Notes: generated by a model from the letters alone, not told the origin. DNA of 64,000 nt from Nitrosopumilales archaeon (GCA_044507735.1 JBIQJB010000001.1:192001-256000); one strand, 5' to 3'; counted from the stretch's first letter, positions 31,601 through 42,035 are shown. Translations and numbers: made by a program.

Positions 31601-33242
31601 TATTTCGCCTCAAGAACTTCAAGTCATCAGACAGTGCATCGGCAAAGTTGCAAAGAGACACATCGTTTCAGCCTTGTGCATTTACGGATCCCGTGTAGCA
31701 GGCTATGCCAGGCCTGACAGTGATATCGACATACTTGCTGTACTCGAAAATTATCCCTATATTGTCAAGTACGCCTACTTTACCGAGGAAGGAACAAAGC
31801 TATCAGTCCTCGCAGTTGACAAGAAGGCCCTAGAACGCGATGCAAGGACCGGCTTTCTTGGAGAATTTGTTGTAGGCCGGTTGCTACACATTTACGAGCC
31901 TATTGTCAATGCAGAATTTCTTGCAGCGATCGAGCGGGTCTACAAGCGGCGAGTCATCCTCGAAGAGGTACAGGACATTGTCAGTTCCGCTGGCGTTCTG
32001 AGCACCGAGATCAGCTTCCCCTTGGAATTTGTAGCCTTTTCCAAGATAAAGCGGAGGATGTCGCTTTATCCAAGTGCCGCGTACAGCTACCAAAAAACAT
32101 ACAGCAACAAGGATAACCCAGTGAACAACAAACGAAATCTGGAATTCGCACTTGATGGTTATCAAAAGGCATTATCTGACATCATCGACGAAGACAACGG
32201 TCTGTTTCTGCCAAGGATGGATGGTCTCCTGCAGATTTCAGATAAACGCGTACTTGTGGAAGAGACCAGAACGCGTCTTAAGCTGACCCGGAGATTGCAG
32301 GAATTCAGCTCCTATTTTGTGCATACCTACGCAGGGAGGAAGATCATGCATCTTGCAATAGCAGAGGCAGAATCAAAGATCAGGAGGCGCACCAAAGCCG
32401 TTAATCTTCCCAGATTCATGGCCTGTCCGAGAGGCGCGTACTGGCAACTTCCTGAAGGCAAGTTGGTGGTTGACAGCAGGGATTGGCTTGGAGATCTAGG
32501 ATTTTCGGTTGTCGGAAAGAGGCGTCTTGGCAATTTTCAAAGCAGGACTGTTCTGCACGAATTGCAGGACGGGAGGAAGATTGTCGTCAAAGAGCTTGCT
32601 AGGACGAAGGCTGCCAAGTGGGCAGCACTGAGCATCTGGACATCGCCGGTAAAAAGGAGGTTCAGGGTGAATCCGCTTCTCAGGCTCGGCTTTGAGTACA
32701 AGGCCCTCCGGCACATCCGGAGTCTCGGCCTTCATACACCTATGATAGTAGCAATAGTTCTTGACAGGAAGCTCTTGGTCACGCAATTTATCGAAGGCAT
32801 GACGCTGGCAGAAGTGGTGAAGGCATACCTTAGGGGAAAAGGAGAGGAAAAACATAGTTTGCTACTCTATCAGGCCGGTGAGCAGATTGGCAAAATCCAC
32901 AGCTCAGGGGGAGCATTTGGCAATGTCAAGCCCAAGAATATTATTGCAAGTAGAGATAGTGGTGACCTCTATTTCACAGATGTTGAGCAGTTTGTCTTCC
33001 AGGATGGGGATCCCGCATGGGATATTGCGCAATTTGTCAGCTGGAGCCTAAAGGGCAATCCTGACGTGGAGAGGGCTGCTGAAGTGACAAGGGAATTTCT
33101 GCACGGCTATGTTAGCGCTACAGGTACTGTAAACATTGTCCGCCTTTACAAGAACCGGCGCTACATCGAGTCGTTTTACCCGGTGCTAACACCCAACGTG
33201 GCACGGGCGATCAAAAAAGAGATCAAAGAAATTGCGAATTAG
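31593..33242 (+). CDS. Minimal nucleotidyltransferase fused to a Kdo/RIO/Bud32-type kinase-like domain
   Basis: YGSRVAGYARPDSDIDI (Pol-beta GS..DxD); VVKE, EYKAL, FGNVKPKNII, FTDVEQ, WDIAQF. Confidence 0.8.
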   Translation: MSSISPQELQVIRQCIGKVAKRHIVSALCIYGSRVAGYARPDSDIDILAVLENYPYIVKYAYFTEEGTKLSVLAVDKKALERDARTGFLGEFVVGRLLHIYEPIVNAEFLAAIERVYKRRVILEEVQDIVSSAGVLSTEISFPLEFVAFSKIKRRMSLYPSAAYSYQKTYSNKDNPVNNKRNLEFALDGYQKALSDIIDEDNGLFLPRMDGLLQISDKRVLVEETRTRLKLTRRLQEFSSYFVHTYAGRKIMHLAIAEAESKIRRRTKAVNLPRFMACPRGAYWQLPEGKLVVDSRDWLGDLGFSVVGKRRLGNFQSRTVLHELQDGRKIVVKELARTKAAKWAALSIWTSPVKRRFRVNPLLRLGFEYKALRHIRSLGLHTPMIVAIVLDRKLLVTQFIEGMTLAEVVKAYLRGKGEEKHSLLLYQAGEQIGKIHSSGGAFGNVKPKNIIASRDSGDLYFTDVEQFVFQDGDPAWDIAQFVSWSLKGNPDVERAAEVTREFLHGYVSATGTVNIVRLYKNRRYIESFYPVLTPNVARAIKKEIKEIAN

Positions 33243-33256
33243 ATTTTTTTTCGTTT

Positions 33257-33466
33257 CTACTTTTTCCCTTTCTTGGCAGTATCTTTGTGAGTGAACTCGG
33301 TATACCCACACTTGCCACAGGTAAACCTGTCCTTGTGTTCGGCCATGAATGTGCCCTTTCCGCAGCGGGGGCAGTCACGCCTAGTACGGGTAACCTTGTC
33401 TCCTGCAACCTTGTAGAACTTGTATACTGCAACCTCGCCTTTAGCCGGAGCTTTCTTGTCCGCCAT
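33257..33466 (-). CDS. rps27ae: 30S ribosomal protein S27ae
   Basis: [23 protein letters not shown]. Confidence 0.97.
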   Translation of the reverse strand: MADKKAPAKGEVAVYKFYKVAGDKVTRTRRDCPRCGKGTFMAEHKDRFTCGKCGYTEFTHKDTAKKGKK

Positions 33467-33468
33467 TG

Positions 33469-33858
33469 CTACTTCTTGGCACCTCCGCCCTTGGATGCTG
33501 TTGCTTCCTGCTTGGCCTTAAGCTTAGCGGCCTTTTCTTCGTCAAGGATCTTCTTGCGTTCTTCTTTTGGCATTGTCCTTAGAATTCTATACCGTGGCAG
33601 CTGTTTTGCTGCTTCCTTTTCGTCGTCATAGACGTAAAAGAGCGCATGCACGTCGGTCATGCCAGTTTCACATACAAGATTAACCGGGATAACTTGCTTT
33701 TTATCGACACTAAGCTGGCTCGCAATCTTTTCAGCGGCCTCGATTCTCTTGATCTTGCCGGCAGCTCCCTTGAACAGAGCCCTTACCTCCCGCCTGTTCA
33801 GAAGTGAGTTCTTGCGGTCTTCCAGCGTCACGATTTCCTGATTGGACAAATCAGACAA
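33469..33858 (-). CDS. rps24e: 30S ribosomal protein S24e
   Basis: [10 protein letters not shown]; adjacent to S27ae. Confidence 0.88.
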   Translation of the reverse strand: MSDLSNQEIVTLEDRKNSLLNRREVRALFKGAAGKIKRIEAAEKIASQLSVDKKQVIPVNLVCETGMTDVHALFYVYDDEKEAAKQLPRYRILRTMPKEERKKILDEEKAAKLKAKQEATASKGGGAKK

Positions 33859-34404
33859 AATCGTTCCTGTAACTCATATAAGTATTTGCTTATGCTATGC
33901 TGTTCCATGGTTTGCAATGACTCCCGAGTACTCTTCTTAGTAGTATTCAACTCAGACATGCCGCGAGTGGTATGTCATGAGGTATACAGAAGAATTCAAT
34001 TAGATCAGGTTCCATGAAGCCCTTCAGACTATGTGAAGAACCGTGTCGTTACTCTGCCATTTCTCCTCTTCCTGTGTGGGGCTGTTGCTGGTCTAGACAG
34101 CCGACGTCAAGGGCTTGTTCACTCAATCTCTCACAGGGTTGCTGATTGGCTTTCTTTCTTGAAACTGGGTTGTTGACCCCGGATGATATCTCACATTCAT
34201 GCCCGCTTGCGCGTTGCGTGGCGACCGCATTGTTATTGACTTGGTGCACAGCGGCCTATGCGGCAGAGGTTGATGCTGGTGATCCTGGTGAGAGATTGCG
34301 AGAGGCTTGCGTGGGTGTGTGTGCTGATTGTTCCGCGCTGACTGATCCTCCATCCTCTATTACACGAAAATCAAATATACCCAACACATGAAGAGAGAAG
34401 TTGA

Positions 34405-34812
34405 ATGAAGCCATTCTTCCAAGAATTTTGCGACAAGGTGATCACGCTTGACCGGTCTGTCAGGTTTGCCGGCATTGCCGACGAGGACGGCAAGCTCGTG
34501 GCAACTGCCGAGAGGAAGGGGCTAAAACCGCTCCTGTCCGCGGAAGAGAGGGCTCAGTATGCCATCACTGCGGCCACCCGCCAATACACTAGACTCAGAT
34601 GGGAATATCTGTTGGGCAAGATTAACTATGCAATGTCTCACTATGCCAAACTGATAAGGGCGACGATCCCGATAGCCGACGAGAACAGCAGATTGTCGTA
34701 TGTACTCCTGCTATCCTTCGATGTCGACGCGGAGAATGTCCACGAGGTAATCATGAAAAAGATAATCCCTCTTGTTCGCGAAAACACCAGCAGATTCCTG
34801 CACGACGGCTAG
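34405..34812 (+). CDS. DUF6659-like (roadblock/profilin-like) thaumarchaeal protein
   Basis: SVRFAGIADEDGKLV...RKGLKPLLS...LGKINY...RATIP...LLLSFD. Confidence 0.7.
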   Translation: MKPFFQEFCDKVITLDRSVRFAGIADEDGKLVATAERKGLKPLLSAEERAQYAITAATRQYTRLRWEYLLGKINYAMSHYAKLIRATIPIADENSRLSYVLLLSFDVDAENVHEVIMKKIIPLVRENTSRFLHDG

Positions 34813-35157
34813 GACCGCCTAGCCTTCTAACCGTCCTATTTTCCAGCCGCAGGCACGCTAGTCTGATCTTCTCGCCTAGATCGAGTCTCTATTGCCCGCC
34901 CCCGGAGTTTCGATGACAAGCACAGTTTGATTGCAATACCTGCACCGTAAAGTGGCAGAAGTTTGCAATTCCAACAGTCTCCGAAAATGTATTTGAATGT
35001 ACCAAAATCAAAAGGGGTTATGACTGTGTCTTGGTCGTCTGAAGGCCGAAACCCCCAAAGGTGTACGGAAACTGTTCAGATCACTCCAACGACCTGTAGA
35101 TCTCTCTCTTGTTAACCCTATTCCCGCAAGTTGCAGTACGATGACTTGTTACAATTG

Positions 35158-35334
35158 CTATGTGTCCGGACTTCCGTCTCCGTCCATGTCGTGGTCGACT
35201 TCATGCAGTTCCTTTTGCTCAATCTCGTCCTTGCTTTCGACCTCTTCAGGCCAGAGTTCTGTCTTGGGAGGTTTCTCATCTTCCTTCTTGACTATTGCCT
35301 CCTTCGGTACTTCCGGAAATTTCTTGCTGCTCAT
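35158..35334 (-). CDS. Small acidic hydrophilic protein (58 aa)
   Basis: Manual translation MSSKKFPEVPKEAIVKKEDEKPPKTELWPEEVESKDEIEQKELHEVDHDMDGDGSPDT. Confidence 0.6.
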   Translation of the reverse strand: MSSKKFPEVPKEAIVKKEDEKPPKTELWPEEVESKDEIEQKELHEVDHDMDGDGSPDT

Positions 35335-35361
35335 GGTTGAAAAATAAAAAAGGGCGGTCTA

Positions 35362-35658
35362 CTACTTGTTTGTTCCAGCAGCGCCCTGCTCGTACTGATC
35401 GCCGGTCTCTCCAGCGCCTGCTGTCCCCTTAGCCATGCCTTTGCTTCTCGCGACTTCACGTGCCTCTTCCGGATTTCCGCCTTCCTGACCTTTCTCAACT
35501 ATCTGTTCAGTCATTTCGCGTTTGACCGCCGTTGGCTCGTGTTCCTGTATCTTCGCAGGGGTCATGGGTTCCTTTTCACGGTATTCTTTCGTTGGGTCTT
35601 CTCTCCTTCCCTTTTCTGTGCCGGCCGCGCCTTCTTCGTACTCTCTACTTTCTGACAT
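35362..35658 (-). CDS. Hydrophilin/LEA-like small protein
   Basis: E/K/G-rich with no hydrophobic core; terminal repeat EYEEGAAGTEK / QYEQGAAGTNK. Confidence 0.7.
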   Translation of the reverse strand: MSESREYEEGAAGTEKGRREDPTKEYREKEPMTPAKIQEHEPTAVKREMTEQIVEKGQEGGNPEEAREVARSKGMAKGTAGAGETGDQYEQGAAGTNK

Positions 35659-35746
35659 GACTCCCGCGGCATCAAAGACTATTTACTGATTTTGAAACAA
35701 TGCAAAGGTATATTTTTCATAGCCGGCGAAGTTGGCATAGCAATAC

Positions 35747-37204
35747 ATGCCCTTTGAAAGCCTTGGAGAATACATCGATGCACTTGAACAGGCAGGACAG
35801 CTCAAGAGGGTTAAGTCAAAAGTTAGCCCACATTTGGAAATAGCCGAGATCATGCGCCGACTGATGTATTCCGACGGCCCAGCGGTTCTGTTTGAGAATG
35901 TCGAGGGCAGCAGTGGCATGCACGTGCTTGGGAATGCATTTGGCAGCATGAAGAGACTTGAAATCGCGCTCGAAATGCAGGATTTCACCGAGATCGGGAG
36001 GCGCATCACGGAGCTGACAAAGATGAAGATGCCATCCGGCATGCTCAATAAGCTAAAGATGCTGCCCAAGCTGTCAGAGTTAAGCGAATATGGTCCCAAG
36101 TATGTTGACAGCGGGCCGGTCACCGAAGTTGTCGAGACTGACAAGGCATCGCTCAACTCAATGCCTGTCCTGAAGTCATTTGCAGGCGACGCCGGAAGGT
36201 TCATCACTTTTGGGATGACTGTGACAAGACACCCTGAGACAGAGATCCGCAACCTTGGAGTCTATCGAATCCAGGTTGTTGATGACAAGCATGCCATAAT
36301 GCACTGGCAGACGCACAAGCGAGGGGCCCAGCACTACAAGATGCTGAAAGAGCAGGGCAAAAAGATCGAAGTGGCAATTGTGATCGGGGCAGATCCCGCG
36401 ACTGTCTTTAGCGCGGTCGCGCCGGTTCCGGAAGGAATGGACAAGTACCTGTTTTCCGGCATTACCCGGAAAAAAGGTGTAAAGCTGGTAAAGTGCAGGA
36501 CAGTAGACCTGGAAGTACCTGCAAACTCTGAAATCGTTCTGGAAGGCTACGTAGATCCAAACGACGTAAGGATGGAGGGCCCCTTTGGTGACCATACCGG
36601 GTATTACACACCAGCTGAGCCCTTTCCAACTTTTACACTGACAGGCATAATGAGGCGACAAAACCCGATCTACCTTACAACGGTGGTCGGCAAGCCCGTC
36701 TTGGAAGATGCCTATATTGGTAAGGTGATCGAGCGGTCGTTCCTCCCGCTCATCCAGATGTTCCACCCTGAAGTGGTTGATTTCTCGATGCCTGCCGCAG
36801 GCTGGTTCCAGGGGCTTGCAATAATGTCGATAAAAAAACAGTACCCTGGGCAGGCGAAGAAGGTCATGATGGGTCTGTGGGGCATGGGGCAGCTGGCACT
36901 GACCAAGATGTTCATCGTAGTAGATCATGATGTCAATGTGCACGACATTAACGACGTTATCTGGGCAGTGACTACCCGTGCAGACCCAGCGCGTGACACT
37001 GTCATTATCAACAACACTCCAACAGATACACTCGACCCTGCCTCGCCACTTGTCAATCTCGGGTCAAAGCTTGGAATAGACGCTACTACCAAGACTAGAG
37101 AGGAAGGATATATGCGTGAAATCCAGCAGCTAGCCACTGTGGACGAAGAAACAAAAGCACTCGTTGACAGAAAATGGCGCGAGTACTTTAATGGTACTTT
37201 ATGA
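35747..37204 (+). CDS. ubiD: UbiD-family decarboxylase (menaquinone/futalosine pathway)
   Basis: RNLGVYRIQ, EIVLEG, EGPFGDHTGYY, DVIWAVTTRADP, SKLGIDAT. Confidence 0.93.
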   Translation: MPFESLGEYIDALEQAGQLKRVKSKVSPHLEIAEIMRRLMYSDGPAVLFENVEGSSGMHVLGNAFGSMKRLEIALEMQDFTEIGRRITELTKMKMPSGMLNKLKMLPKLSELSEYGPKYVDSGPVTEVVETDKASLNSMPVLKSFAGDAGRFITFGMTVTRHPETEIRNLGVYRIQVVDDKHAIMHWQTHKRGAQHYKMLKEQGKKIEVAIVIGADPATVFSAVAPVPEGMDKYLFSGITRKKGVKLVKCRTVDLEVPANSEIVLEGYVDPNDVRMEGPFGDHTGYYTPAEPFPTFTLTGIMRRQNPIYLTTVVGKPVLEDAYIGKVIERSFLPLIQMFHPEVVDFSMPAAGWFQGLAIMSIKKQYPGQAKKVMMGLWGMGQLALTKMFIVVDHDVNVHDINDVIWAVTTRADPARDTVIINNTPTDTLDPASPLVNLGSKLGIDATTKTREEGYMREIQQLATVDEETKALVDRKWREYFNGTL

Positions 37205-38312
37205 TATTGTAGGAATTATCGCGCTCTGCAACCCTAAAGCCTGCCTGTTTTACGGCCGCAATTATCCTGTCTGATGTCAACTCTGTCGATCGGGCTCCAG
37301 TCGCGCTCACCACTTCTTCGCCAATGAGCGTGCCGCCAAAGTCGTCCGCGCCATAGTTGAGTGCAAGCTGCGCCATGCCTATGCCATTTGTCAGCCACGA
37401 TGACTGGAGATGATCGATGAGGCCAAAGTACATTATTCTTGCAATTGCAATCATTTTCAACAATGATAATCCGCCTGCTGGATACTTGATCTTGCCCTCT
37501 GATTGAATCTGGGTCTTGTTTGGCTCAAAGCTCCATGGGATAAAGACAAGAAAGCCGCCAGTCTTTTCCTGCAACTGTGCTATCTTCATGATGTGTCTGG
37601 CCCTCTCTTCCTCTGTGTCCACAGTGCCATACATCATGGTGGCGACAGACTTGAAGCCCAGCTGGTGCGCCTCTTCCATTATGCGGAGCCACTCGTGGCT
37701 CTTTATCTTGAGAGGGCTGATCTCCTGCTTCACCCGATCTTCCAGGATCTCGGCTCCGCCGCCAGCGAACGTGTCCATGCCTGCATCCTTGAGCCTGGCG
37801 AGAACTTCTCTTGTGCTGCTGTGTTCGACTTTGGCAATCATGTCTACCTCAGAAGGCGACAGACCATTTATCCCGACGTCAGGGCACTTTTGCTTTATCG
37901 CTCTGAACGCGTCTTCGTAGTACTCCAGTTTCAAGTTTGGGTTATGGCCGCCCTGTATCAGAACCTGTGTTATGCCAAACATCTCTCTTGACATAGCCAC
38001 TCGTTTGACAATGTCTTCTATCGGCACAGTGTAAGACTCTTCGTGACCGGGCGGGCGGTAAAAGGCACAGAATTTGCAATAGGTGACACAGACATTGGTG
38101 TAGTTGAGTATGATGTTGTTGATGAATGTGATGGTGTCGCCAAACAGTCGCTGCCTGAGGACATTTGCAACAAGGCCCATTGAATGGACGTCGTCTGACT
38201 TCATCAACCTGATGCAGTCATTGAGGCCAGGCCGGCTGCCTGCAAGTACGCCTTCAAGAATGTCGCTGATATCTGACTTTTTGAGAAAATCTGTGAGCAG
38301 CCTGTTTTGCAA
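37188..38312 (-). CDS. mqnC: Cyclic dehypoxanthine futalosine synthase (radical SAM)
   Basis: CVTYCKFC; QSSWLTNG...YGADDFGGTLIGEEVV; mqn gene context. Confidence 0.8.
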   Translation of the reverse strand: MQNRLLTDFLKKSDISDILEGVLAGSRPGLNDCIRLMKSDDVHSMGLVANVLRQRLFGDTITFINNIILNYTNVCVTYCKFCAFYRPPGHEESYTVPIEDIVKRVAMSREMFGITQVLIQGGHNPNLKLEYYEDAFRAIKQKCPDVGINGLSPSEVDMIAKVEHSSTREVLARLKDAGMDTFAGGGAEILEDRVKQEISPLKIKSHEWLRIMEEAHQLGFKSVATMMYGTVDTEEERARHIMKIAQLQEKTGGFLVFIPWSFEPNKTQIQSEGKIKYPAGGLSLLKMIAIARIMYFGLIDHLQSSWLTNGIGMAQLALNYGADDFGGTLIGEEVVSATGARSTELTSDRIIAAVKQAGFRVAERDNSYNIIKYH

Positions 38313-38396
38313 GTGTTAACGCGGTTGTGGGGTCGTCAATGGTATTTAATCGTTTTATGCCACAACCTTAAGATACAAGACTGCGATCAGCTGATT

Positions 38397-38765
38397 GTGG
38401 CTGCAGACAAGCTAACAGAACTCGCCAACCACAAGTACATGAACCTAGAGACTTACAGGAAGAATGGTCAGCCGGTCAGGACACCTGTGTGGTTCATGAT
38501 CGATAACAATGTGATTTATGTCGTGACTACAGCTGACACCGGCAAGGTCAAGCGCTTGCGCAACAATCCTGCAGTGCGCATAATGCCAAGCGGCTTCAGG
38601 GGAGAACCCAAGGGCGAGTGGATGGAAGGAAGAGCCAGGTTTGCTGAGGGGGCTGAAGCAGAGCGGGCAATAGAGTTGCGCAAGAAAAGATATGGACTTC
38701 AGGCAAGGCTTGTTGGTCTCATCCGGGACGCGACCACTGTTATTGCTATACAGCTACTGGATTAA
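38397..38765 (+). CDS. PPOX-class putative F420-dependent oxidoreductase
   Basis: LETYRKNGQPVRTPVWF, TGKVKRLRNNPAV. Confidence 0.87.
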   Translation: MAADKLTELANHKYMNLETYRKNGQPVRTPVWFMIDNNVIYVVTTADTGKVKRLRNNPAVRIMPSGFRGEPKGEWMEGRARFAEGAEAERAIELRKKRYGLQARLVGLIRDATTVIAIQLLD

Positions 38766-38791
38766 CAACAATTTATAACCGACTCTGACCC

Positions 38792-39910
38792 ATGCAGCTG
38801 CAGTTGCAAAAGAGCGACACCATTACAGGCGGAACGGCGGCTTTGGAGAAGGCACTTGCAGGAGAGGAGCTTTCGTACAGCGACGGAGTCCAATTGATGA
38901 ACGAGGAAAACCTTTTCCTTCTTGGTGCCGCTGCAGACAAGATCAGGAACAGGGTCTGCGGCAACGTCGTCACATTCGTCGCGTCTTACTATCTGAACTA
39001 TACCAACGTTTGCGCCGCCAGCTGCCCTCTTTGTGCATTCTACCGGAAGGGCAACGAAAACGATGCCTACACTTTGTCAACAGAGCAAATAGTCGCCAGA
39101 TCAAAGATTGCGATTGAACAGATGGGTGCGACAGAACTTCACATAGTTGGAGGGTTCCATCCCAAACTTGGACTTGACTATTATGAAAAAATGATGCGGG
39201 CAATAAAAGCCGAGTTCCCAAGAGTAATAATAAAGGCGTTCACTCCTGCAGAGATATTCTTCATCTCACGGGTGACAAAGAACTCGGTAAAGGAAGTACT
39301 CATGCGCCTCAAGGCTGCGGGACTGGACTCGTTGCCGGGAGGGGGAGCTGAAATCTTTCACCCCGATGTCCACAGAAAGATAGTGATTGGCAAGTGTTCA
39401 GGTGAAGAGTGGCTTGACACTGCGCGCCAAGCGCACGAGCTGGGCCTAAAGAGCAACTGCACGATGCTCTTTGGCCACATCGAAAGACCTGAACATATAG
39501 TCGACCATGTGCTGAAGCTAAGAGAGCTTCACAAGAAGACAAAGGGATTTACAACTTTTATCCCGCTGAAATTCAGCCTTGAAAACACCGAGCTTGAGCA
39601 AAAGGGGTTGGTCACTGCGGAAAGCCCATCATCCTATGACCTTCGTGTCATTGCAGTGTCTCGCCTGCTACTGGCAAACGTGATGAACAACATCTCAGTC
39701 TACTGGGTGGCACTTGGCAAGAAGGTTGCTCAGGTGGCGCTCTCTTATGGCGGGAACGATATGGTGGGGACCGCGTTCTCCGAAGAGATATTCAAAGCCG
39801 CGGGAAAAGAGACCGGCACCTCAATTCAAGAGCTTGCAAGTTTGATCAAGGAGATCAAGCGGGAGCCAGCCCAGCGGGACACATTCTTTAACATCATCAG
39901 AAGGTTCTAG
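38792..39910 (+). CDS. mqnE: Aminofutalosine synthase (radical SAM)
   Basis: CAASCPLC; HIVGGFHP; VYWVALG...AQVALSYG..D. Confidence 0.8.
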   Translation: MQLQLQKSDTITGGTAALEKALAGEELSYSDGVQLMNEENLFLLGAAADKIRNRVCGNVVTFVASYYLNYTNVCAASCPLCAFYRKGNENDAYTLSTEQIVARSKIAIEQMGATELHIVGGFHPKLGLDYYEKMMRAIKAEFPRVIIKAFTPAEIFFISRVTKNSVKEVLMRLKAAGLDSLPGGGAEIFHPDVHRKIVIGKCSGEEWLDTARQAHELGLKSNCTMLFGHIERPEHIVDHVLKLRELHKKTKGFTTFIPLKFSLENTELEQKGLVTAESPSSYDLRVIAVSRLLLANVMNNISVYWVALGKKVAQVALSYGGNDMVGTAFSEEIFKAAGKETGTSIQELASLIKEIKREPAQRDTFFNIIRRF

Positions 39911-39984
39911 ATGATGTATCCAACGCTTGTGAATTAACATAGTTCAGCAAGACGTTATTCATAATTCTACGATCAGGCAGGGAG

Positions 39985-41208
39985 GTGGAGGCAATGCAAA
40001 AAGTTGTAGGGATTCTCATCGCAATTTCCATACTGCTGGCCTCTGCGCTTGCGATTCAAGTAAGTCGCGATGGCGGGCTGGCAGTGGGCCAGACGGAAAA
40101 TCCTGTGGCAAAGGCGGCTCCTGACACGTCTTCATCGCAGCAAAACCCCAGCACCACAGCTATCGTCAATTCCGGATCGGCAGTACTTGACACCGAAAGT
40201 TTGACTCTTAACCAAGTGTTCAAAAAGACCAACAACTCTGTGGTTCAGATAACGAGCAGCGTAAAGACAGTCGTCCCAAACATAATAATCAATGGCAATC
40301 CGCTAGAAAGCCAATCGACGCGTCTTGGTTCCGGGTTTGTTTACGATACCGAAGGTAGAATCATAACCAACAACCACGTCGTTGACGGCGCAAGAACTGT
40401 CGATGTCACGTTTGTAGATGGAAATACATACTCTGCCGAGGTTGTGGGAACCGACGCCTTTAGCGACATCGCAGTGCTGCAGATAACTGACGATTTTTCA
40501 GACGAGGTCCTGAGTCCTCTTCAGCTTGGCAACTCTTCGTTGTTGCAGGTCGGACAGCAGGTTATAGCAATTGGAAATCCATTTGGCCTGAGCAATACCA
40601 TGACCACAGGGATCGTAAGCCAAGTAGGGAGGCTGCTGCCAAACCCTGAGTTGGGATTCTCCATTCCAAGTGCAATACAGACAGACGCTGCCATCAACCC
40701 TGGCAACTCCGGAGGGCCGTTGCTCGACGCTCAGGGTAATGTGATGGGTGTCAACACCGCAATCACGTCCAACACTGGCGATTTTTCCGGCATTGGCTTT
40801 GCAATCCCTTCGAATACTGTGGCGCGCATTGTGCCGCATCTCATAAGTGAGGGCAAGTACGACCACCCTTGGCTAGGCATAACGGGCACAAACCTAACGC
40901 CGGATCTTGCAGAAAAGAAGGGGCTTCCGAGGGACTTTAAGGGCGTGGCCATCGCTTCAGTGGTTCCTGGGGGACCCGCGGAAAAGGCCGGCATTATAGG
41001 CGGTTCCGGGAATGACTTGCTTGCAGGTGATGTCGTAACCGCAATCAATGGGCATACAGTCAAAAGGATAGAGGACATTATCTTTTACATAGAAGAGCAA
41101 ACTTCGGTGGGAGACAAAGTTACGATCACGGTTCACAGGGACGGTCAATCCCAGGAGCTTTCTGCAACTCTGGAAGCAAGACCACCACCCATGGCACAGA
41201 TAGGCTAG
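39985..41208 (+). CDS. htrA: HtrA/DegP-like serine protease with PDZ domain
   Basis: TNNHVV, DIAVL, INPGNSGGPL, C-terminal PDZ, N-terminal TM helix. Confidence 0.93.
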   Translation: MEAMQKVVGILIAISILLASALAIQVSRDGGLAVGQTENPVAKAAPDTSSSQQNPSTTAIVNSGSAVLDTESLTLNQVFKKTNNSVVQITSSVKTVVPNIIINGNPLESQSTRLGSGFVYDTEGRIITNNHVVDGARTVDVTFVDGNTYSAEVVGTDAFSDIAVLQITDDFSDEVLSPLQLGNSSLLQVGQQVIAIGNPFGLSNTMTTGIVSQVGRLLPNPELGFSIPSAIQTDAAINPGNSGGPLLDAQGNVMGVNTAITSNTGDFSGIGFAIPSNTVARIVPHLISEGKYDHPWLGITGTNLTPDLAEKKGLPRDFKGVAIASVVPGGPAEKAGIIGGSGNDLLAGDVVTAINGHTVKRIEDIIFYIEEQTSVGDKVTITVHRDGQSQELSATLEARPPPMAQIG

Positions 41209-42035
41209 ACCACCTTTACTACCACATCTGTGTCGATTACTTTCCTTTCTTTGGCCATTTCAAACATCCTTTCTATTGCTATCTTGCCGTCATGACCCAT
41301 GTCAACAGTCAGTTTGTTGACGTACATTTTCACAAATCTTGTGATTGTTTCCTTCGGCTGTCCTCGACCATATTGCATTGCATAATCGACCGCAGCATCG
41401 ATGTTGTCAAGACCATATTTCACCGATCTTGTAAAGAAATCGCTGAATTCCTCTATCTGCTCGGCACTCATTGTCCTGGCGCTTGCGACATTGATCCCAA
41501 GTGGTACCGGAAGGCCACTCATGTTCTCTGTCCACCAGCTGCCAAGGTCAAGCGCTGCAGAAAACCTGTTCCTGTCGTAGGTTATCTGTGCCTCGTGAAT
41601 GACCAGCCCTGCATCGACCCTGCCTGCTGCCACTGCGTCAGGTATGGCGTCAAAGGACATCTCTTGTTCATTGAACTTGCCAATTGCCAGCAGTAGCAAG
41701 AGGTTTGCGGAGGTCATCTTGCCCGGTATCGCTATAGTGGCCTCTTGTAACTGCTCTGGCGTCATCTTGTTTTCCTTCTTTGTAATGACTATCGGGCCAT
41801 AGTTGAGCCCAAAACTGCCACCGCTTTTCAAGATGACATAGTCCTGCAGATAGGCAAATGCATGAGCAGAAACTGCGGTGACGTCCAGCTCGTGCTTGAG
41901 CGCACGCCGGTTGAGAGTTTCGATGTCCTGTATGACGTGTTTTACTGCAAAGCTGGATCTTACCTTGCCAGACGCAATTCCGTAGAACATGAACGCATCG
42001 TCCGCGTCCGGCGTATGCCCAAGCGTTATCTCCAT
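41205..42035 (-). CDS. mqnD: 1,4-dihydroxy-6-naphthoate synthase (MqnA/MqnD family)
   Basis: GHTPDADDAFMFY, YGPIV, AIPG..TSA, LVIHE, LPVPLG. Confidence 0.85.
   Translation of the reverse strand: MEITLGHTPDADDAFMFYGIASGKVRSSFAVKHVIQDIETLNRRALKHELDVTAVSAHAFAYLQDYVILKSGGSFGLNYGPIVITKKENKMTPEQLQEATIAIPGKMTSANLLLLLAIGKFNEQEMSFDAIPDAVAAGRVDAGLVIHEAQITYDRNRFSAALDLGSWWTENMSGLPVPLGINVASARTMSAEQIEEFSDFFTRSVKYGLDNIDAAVDYAMQYGRGQPKETITRFVKMYVNKLTVDMGHDGKIAIERMFEMAKERKVIDTDVVVKVV

Noticed and set aside
34049-34391. Short overlapping ORFs, or TAG read-through in a minus-strand frame
   Set aside because: Low-complexity translation, no recognisable family and no support for recoding
35039-35075. Hammerhead ribozyme (CTGA...GAAA)
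   Set aside because: The core reads CTGAAGG rather than CTGANGA and the three-stem arrangement cannot be built
35747-42035. Two radical SAM genes plus UbiD as a novel biosynthetic cluster
   Set aside because: Explained by the known futalosine menaquinone pathway (MqnC, MqnE, MqnD, UbiD-like decarboxylase)
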